A stretch of DNA of 51,546 bases, taken from positions 1-51,546 of the forward strand of contig JAPYRR010000003.1 of assembly GCA_029936885.1 (NCBI GenBank), read 5' to 3'. The notes below the pieces were generated by a model, which was given only the letters and a program-made list of their open reading frames with translations, made no database searches and was not told where the DNA came from. This DNA is from Fidelibacterota bacterium. Its GTDB lineage: Bacteria > Fidelibacterota > Marinisomatia > Marinisomatales > UBA1611. Shown in pieces: positions 48,236 through 51,546 of the stretch; the first letter of the stretch is position 1, and each line of letters opens with the position of its first letter. The translations under genes were made by a program, and so were the position numbers.

Positions 48236-49042
48236 TCACCCTTCCCCGCCTGCCCGACGGGCAGGGACAGGCTCAGGGCTTGAATTAGGAAGCCTAAAAA
48301 GTTCTGTTGCATTTTCTGTGGTTTTTTCTGCGACCAGCTCTAAAGAGATATTATGAATTTCTGCTAATTTTTCTGCAACGAATCGTGTTCGCCCCGGTTC
48401 GTTGGGTTTTCCACGGTGGGGAACCGGACTCAGATATGGAGAATCGGTTTCTACTAAAATTCTGTCCAATGGCAATTCCTTTGCTACCTCCGGTAAGTGA
48501 CTATTCTTAAAAGTAAGGTTCCCTGAAAATGAAATGTAATATCCCAATTCCATAAATGATTTTGCCGTTTCTATATTACTGGAGAAACAATGAGCCACGC
48601 CCCGAACTTCCGGAAATTCTTTTAATATTTCAATCACATCTTCATCCGCATCTCGGTTATGAAAAATGACAGGTTTATTCAATTCCTGCGCGATTCCCAT
48701 TTGGGTTCGGAATACGTCTTTTTGAATTTCGGGATCGGAAATATTCCTGAAATAATCCAATCCCATTTCGCCCACAGCCACCATGCAATCCGCAGTCATT
48801 AAATCATAAATTTGATCCGCGAAATCTTCCGGGGCATCTTTTGCATCATGGGGATGAACTCCTGCAGATGCAAAAATATTATCGTGCGATTCTCCCAGCA
48901 AAAGACATTCCCTGGAATCTTCCAGATTGGTGGCCACACAAATGAATCGGTTCACACCCAATTCATCTGCGCGTTTTAATACGGCCGAAAGGTTATTTTT
49001 TAAATCATCATAAAACAGATGACAATGAGTATCGGTTAGCAT
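48236..49042 (-). CDS. tatD: TatD-family metal-dependent hydrolase
   Basis: 268 aa. DTHCHL (HxH), GEMGLDY, HCFS, ETDSPYL motifs. The last ~15 codons (SSPEPVPARRAGGEG) come from a GC-rich hairpin-containing patch. Confidence 0.9.
   Translation of the reverse strand: MLTDTHCHLFYDDLKNNLSAVLKRADELGVNRFICVATNLEDSRECLLLGESHDNIFASAGVHPHDAKDAPEDFADQIYDLMTADCMVAVGEMGLDYFRNISDPEIQKDVFRTQMGIAQELNKPVIFHNRDADEDVIEILKEFPEVRGVAHCFSSNIETAKSFMELGYYISFSGNLTFKNSHLPEVAKELPLDRILVETDSPYLSPVPHRGKPNEPGRTRFVAEKLAEIHNISLELVAEKTTENATELFRLPNSSPEPVPARRAGGEG
48249..48265. repeat. GC-rich 7-bp stem / 3-nt loop hairpin (CCTGCCC-GAC-GGGCAGG) inside the tatD 3' end
   Basis: Read directly: exact reverse-complement arms. It sits in a ~50-nt patch that is far more GC-rich than its surroundings. 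Confidence 0.75.
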
Positions 49043-49191
49043 TTATTTAATTATTCTCGTAAAATGATAGGCGAACCTAAGCAGAATAATTCGCCACAAA
49101 AGGCACAAAAACCGCTAAAGACTTTTGAAAAGACTTTCCCATTGAATATCTTAATTATTTATTAAAATAAGTTTTTAACAAAATCAAAACC

Positions 49192-50862
49192 ATGAATTTT
49201 CAAAAAATGACGATTCTTTTATTTCTCTTTTCTATGGGATTCTCCCAATTCTTACAAGATGGCGATACGCTGGTGGTCCATCCCATCACTTGGGAAATGC
49301 CAAGCCCGGAAGGCTGGGGCGCCCAATATAAACAAACAATCCGCTTTCCTGATGGGAATGAATCGTGGGCGAAAATCATCATGGTGCAAACATTGAAATG
49401 TGATTCTGCCACAAATGGCGATAAATATCCCTGTGGTGAATGGGACTATATTTGGAACACGTTTGTGGATGTTCCTCGAGGTGATTCAACGGAAACATTT
49501 TCCATTGGGAGCTTTGTTACACCTTACGGCAAACGACTATTGATGGGTGGAGAAACAGGTTGGGAATGGAAGTACTATATGACGGATTATGCGCCAATCT
49601 TGAAAGGAGAACGATTTGTAACTGTTGGAAATAATCAGGAATTGTTGGATTTAAAATTTCTTTTTATTAAAGGAACGCCATCCCGAAATATCCTGAAAGT
49701 TGAAAATATTTATCCCTATGGACATTACAAATATGGCGCATTATCCGACGATGAAATTTTAAAAGAAACAAAACTTCAGCTATTACCGGAAGCCAATGGC
49801 TTCAAAATAAAAGCGGTTATTACCGGACATGGTCATGCGGGACCAAGAAATTGCTGCGAATGGGACAGTAAGACGCATACTTATTATATGAATGGCTATG
49901 AACTCTTTCGCTGGAATGTGTGGAAAGATTGCGGGAATAATCCTATTTATCCCCAAGGCGGAACCTGGTCTTTTGACCGCGCCGGTTGGTGCCCCGGAAC
50001 CAAAGTAGATGAAGCTGAATTTGAGCTCACACCTTTTGTGAAAGCTGGAGATTCCATTGCCATTGATTATGGAATTGAACCCTATTCTGACAATGGTGAA
50101 AAAGAGGGTGAATTCAGGATGGCGCACCAATTATTTTCTTACGGTTCATCCAATTTCAAGAATGATGCGGAGATTGTTGATATTATCGCGCCTAGTTCTC
50201 AAGGACAGTATAGCCGGGTCAACCCCAGTTTGGGGAGTCCAAGAATTCTCATAAAAAACACAGGCGAATATGATCTCCATTCATTGGAAATCCTTTATGG
50301 ATTAAAATCACGGAAAAAATCCATTTATAAATGGCGTGGAAATTTATCATTCATGGAAAGTGAAGAAGTTTATCTCCCCATTCCCAACTGGCATGGATTG
50401 TCAAAAAAACCGGTTTTTGAAGTAGCTCTAAAAAATCCCAATGGGATTAAAGATGAAAATCCATTTAATGATAAACTTACTTCTAATATTCCACTTCCAA
50501 AAATTCTGCCAAGGGAATTCACACTGCAAATAAAAACAAATACGGTTGATCGAGCACGAGAAAATTCATTTACCCTTTTCGAATTAGATGGAAGCGTTCT
50601 TTATTCTGAATGTGATTTTTCAGACTCTACAGAATATAATTTTCCAATAAAACTCAAGAATGGGGATTACCAGTTTTTATTCAAAGACGATATGGAAGAT
50701 GGCATTTCACGGCATTGGTGGTACAGGAATAGCGCACCGGAAAAAATAGGAATTAACGGCGAAGTCCGATTTCTTTCTTTAGATGGCGATACGCTGCATC
50801 AATTCAATCCTGACTTTGGACAGGAATTATTGCTTAATTTTCGTGTGGGTCGATTGCCCTAA
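49192..50862 (+). CDS. Peptide-N-glycosidase F-related secreted protein
   Basis: 556 aa with a signal peptide. PCGEWDYIWN, GSFVTPYGK and ITGHGHAGPRNCCEWDSKTHTYYMNG...WSFDRAGWCPG parallel the PNGase F segments CDEWDRYANVY, GRFITPYW and ISGWGHA...GCAEWCFRTHT...APDRAGWCPG, recalled from memory. Confidence 0.7.
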   Translation: MNFQKMTILLFLFSMGFSQFLQDGDTLVVHPITWEMPSPEGWGAQYKQTIRFPDGNESWAKIIMVQTLKCDSATNGDKYPCGEWDYIWNTFVDVPRGDSTETFSIGSFVTPYGKRLLMGGETGWEWKYYMTDYAPILKGERFVTVGNNQELLDLKFLFIKGTPSRNILKVENIYPYGHYKYGALSDDEILKETKLQLLPEANGFKIKAVITGHGHAGPRNCCEWDSKTHTYYMNGYELFRWNVWKDCGNNPIYPQGGTWSFDRAGWCPGTKVDEAEFELTPFVKAGDSIAIDYGIEPYSDNGEKEGEFRMAHQLFSYGSSNFKNDAEIVDIIAPSSQGQYSRVNPSLGSPRILIKNTGEYDLHSLEILYGLKSRKKSIYKWRGNLSFMESEEVYLPIPNWHGLSKKPVFEVALKNPNGIKDENPFNDKLTSNIPLPKILPREFTLQIKTNTVDRARENSFTLFELDGSVLYSECDFSDSTEYNFPIKLKNGDYQFLFKDDMEDGISRHWWYRNSAPEKIGINGEVRFLSLDGDTLHQFNPDFGQELLLNFRVGRLP

Positions 50863-50931
50863 ATAATTGAAGTTTTTATTTTAATGAGTACTAAAAGTAG
50901 CATTTAATTTGAGTCAAATAATAAATCCAAA

Positions 50932-51546
50932 ATGAGTTTTTACATTTCATCGCTCATGGTTGCCATTCCCTTCTTTATGATATTGATTGGGATTGAAATT
51001 TTTGCAGCCAAACGAATGGGAATCAAAGTAAACAATTCTACAGACATGATTTCCAGTTTGAGTTCCGGTGTCACCAATACAACAAAAGATGGACTCAAAT
51101 TCGGCATTATTCTCATAAGTTACTCTTGGCTGGTTAATCATTTTACTCTCTATAAACTGGAACCAGTTTGGGTCGCGGTGGCCGTGGCATTTATTGTTCA
51201 AGATTTTACAGGCTATTGGCTCCACCGCTTGAATCACCGTGTGAATGTTTTCTGGAATCGCCACATTATTCATCATAGCAGTGAAGAGTTCAATCTCTCC
51301 TGTGCCCTGCGCCAATCCATTTCAGAAACAATCCATTTTGGAGCGATTCTCATGATTCCGGCAGCCGTTCTCGGAGTCCCCGCAGCTATCTTTGCCGTTC
51401 TCGGTCCTATCCATTTATTTATGCAATTTTGGTATCATACTCGTTTGATTGATAAAATGGGGTGGCTGGAAAAGATCATTGTAACGCCCTCCCACCATCG
51501 CGTTCATCATGGCATAAATCCGGAATATTTGGATAAGAATTACAGC
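50932..51546 (+). CDS. Sterol desaturase / fatty-acid hydroxylase family protein, N-terminal 205 codons; continues past the right edge
   Basis: Open frame from ATG 50932 to the window end; not in the track. My translation is MSFYISSLMVAIPFFMILIGIEIF...YWLHRLNHRVNVFWNRHIIHHSSEEF...VTPSHHRVHHG, showing the three His boxes of membrane di-iron hydroxylases. Confidence 0.8.
   Translation, partial: MSFYISSLMVAIPFFMILIGIEIFAAKRMGIKVNNSTDMISSLSSGVTNTTKDGLKFGIILISYSWLVNHFTLYKLEPVWVAVAVAFIVQDFTGYWLHRLNHRVNVFWNRHIIHHSSEEFNLSCALRQSISETIHFGAILMIPAAVLGVPAAIFAVLGPIHLFMQFWYHTRLIDKMGWLEKIIVTPSHHRVHHGINPEYLDKNYS

Noticed and set aside
49064-49165. 33-codon + strand ORF (MIGEPKQNNSPQKAQKPLKTFEKTFPLNILIIY) in the tatD/PNGase divergent promoter region
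   Set aside because: It does not abut the downstream gene (27-nt gap). It is encoded by an A-rich tract with an AAAGACTTT direct repeat, which is more likely promoter DNA.
50947-51315. 122-aa - strand ORF from the track
   Set aside because: It lies fully antisense to the open + strand frame (50932 to the window end) that carries three canonical His boxes of a sterol desaturase/fatty-acid hydroxylase. The - strand product has no recognisable features.
1-51546. Search for CRISPR arrays, tRNA/rRNA genes, transposases, integrases, phage or toxin-antitoxin/defence-type genes
   Set aside because: No spacer-repeat periodicity was seen. No intergenic gap (maximum 262 bp) shows a tRNA-like cloverleaf. 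Every long ORF is accounted for by housekeeping or envelope functions, and no recombinase, nuclease-NTPase or reverse-transcriptase motifs were recognised.

Overview
This is a 51.5-kb, visibly AT-rich, very gene-dense chromosomal segment of a diderm bacterium. I call about 48 protein-coding genes. I see no rRNA, tRNA, CRISPR array, transposase, integrase or phage genes. The gene content (sigma-54, Kdo/LPS genes, DUF4835/PorD-like, DUF6090, PNGase F-like, DUF2723) suggests an FCB-group or uncultured marine lineage; this is inference only.

Layout:
- 1-7.2 kb (-): hflK (partial), rpoN, lptB, lptC-like, kdsC, kdsA, pyrG, kdsB.
- 7.5-14.0 kb (-): a split MacAB-TolC-type tripartite efflux system (two FtsX permeases, ATPase, HlyD adaptor, TolC). 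It is preceded by a small membrane protein plus a YozG-like HTH pair and an 18-bp perfect palindrome.
- 14-27 kb: cca, DUF4835-like (+), GT2, DUF2723 glycosyltransferase, DUF1844, recG, DUF4139, valS.
- 27.2-36.4 kb (+): pabA-pabB-pabC, MOSC, HMA::MauE fusion, putative beta-barrel, a LolCDE-like ABC system and a LolA_like carrier.
- 36.5-49.0 kb (-): rlmD, an orphan secreted protein, a nucleoside-catabolic cluster (deoA, punA, truncated ALDH-like, ALDH, deoC, PGM-family mutase), rpsU, rsmA, DUF6090, tatD.
- 49.2-51.5 kb (+): PNGase F-related protein and a partial sterol-desaturase-family gene.

Most of the window is housekeeping. I do not see a clear-cut new defence or mobile system. The most novel-looking items are:
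- the Lol-like beta-barrel/ABC/LolA_like module, whose spacers are unusually long and structured (four triloop hairpins; small ORFs whose stops overlap the next start codon);
- the HTH/small-membrane-protein/palindrome module in front of the efflux pump;
- an ALDH-like protein that lacks the whole catalytic domain, inside the deo cluster;
- a GC-rich hairpin that extends the tatD reading frame.

All family assignments come from reading motifs by eye, not from searches.
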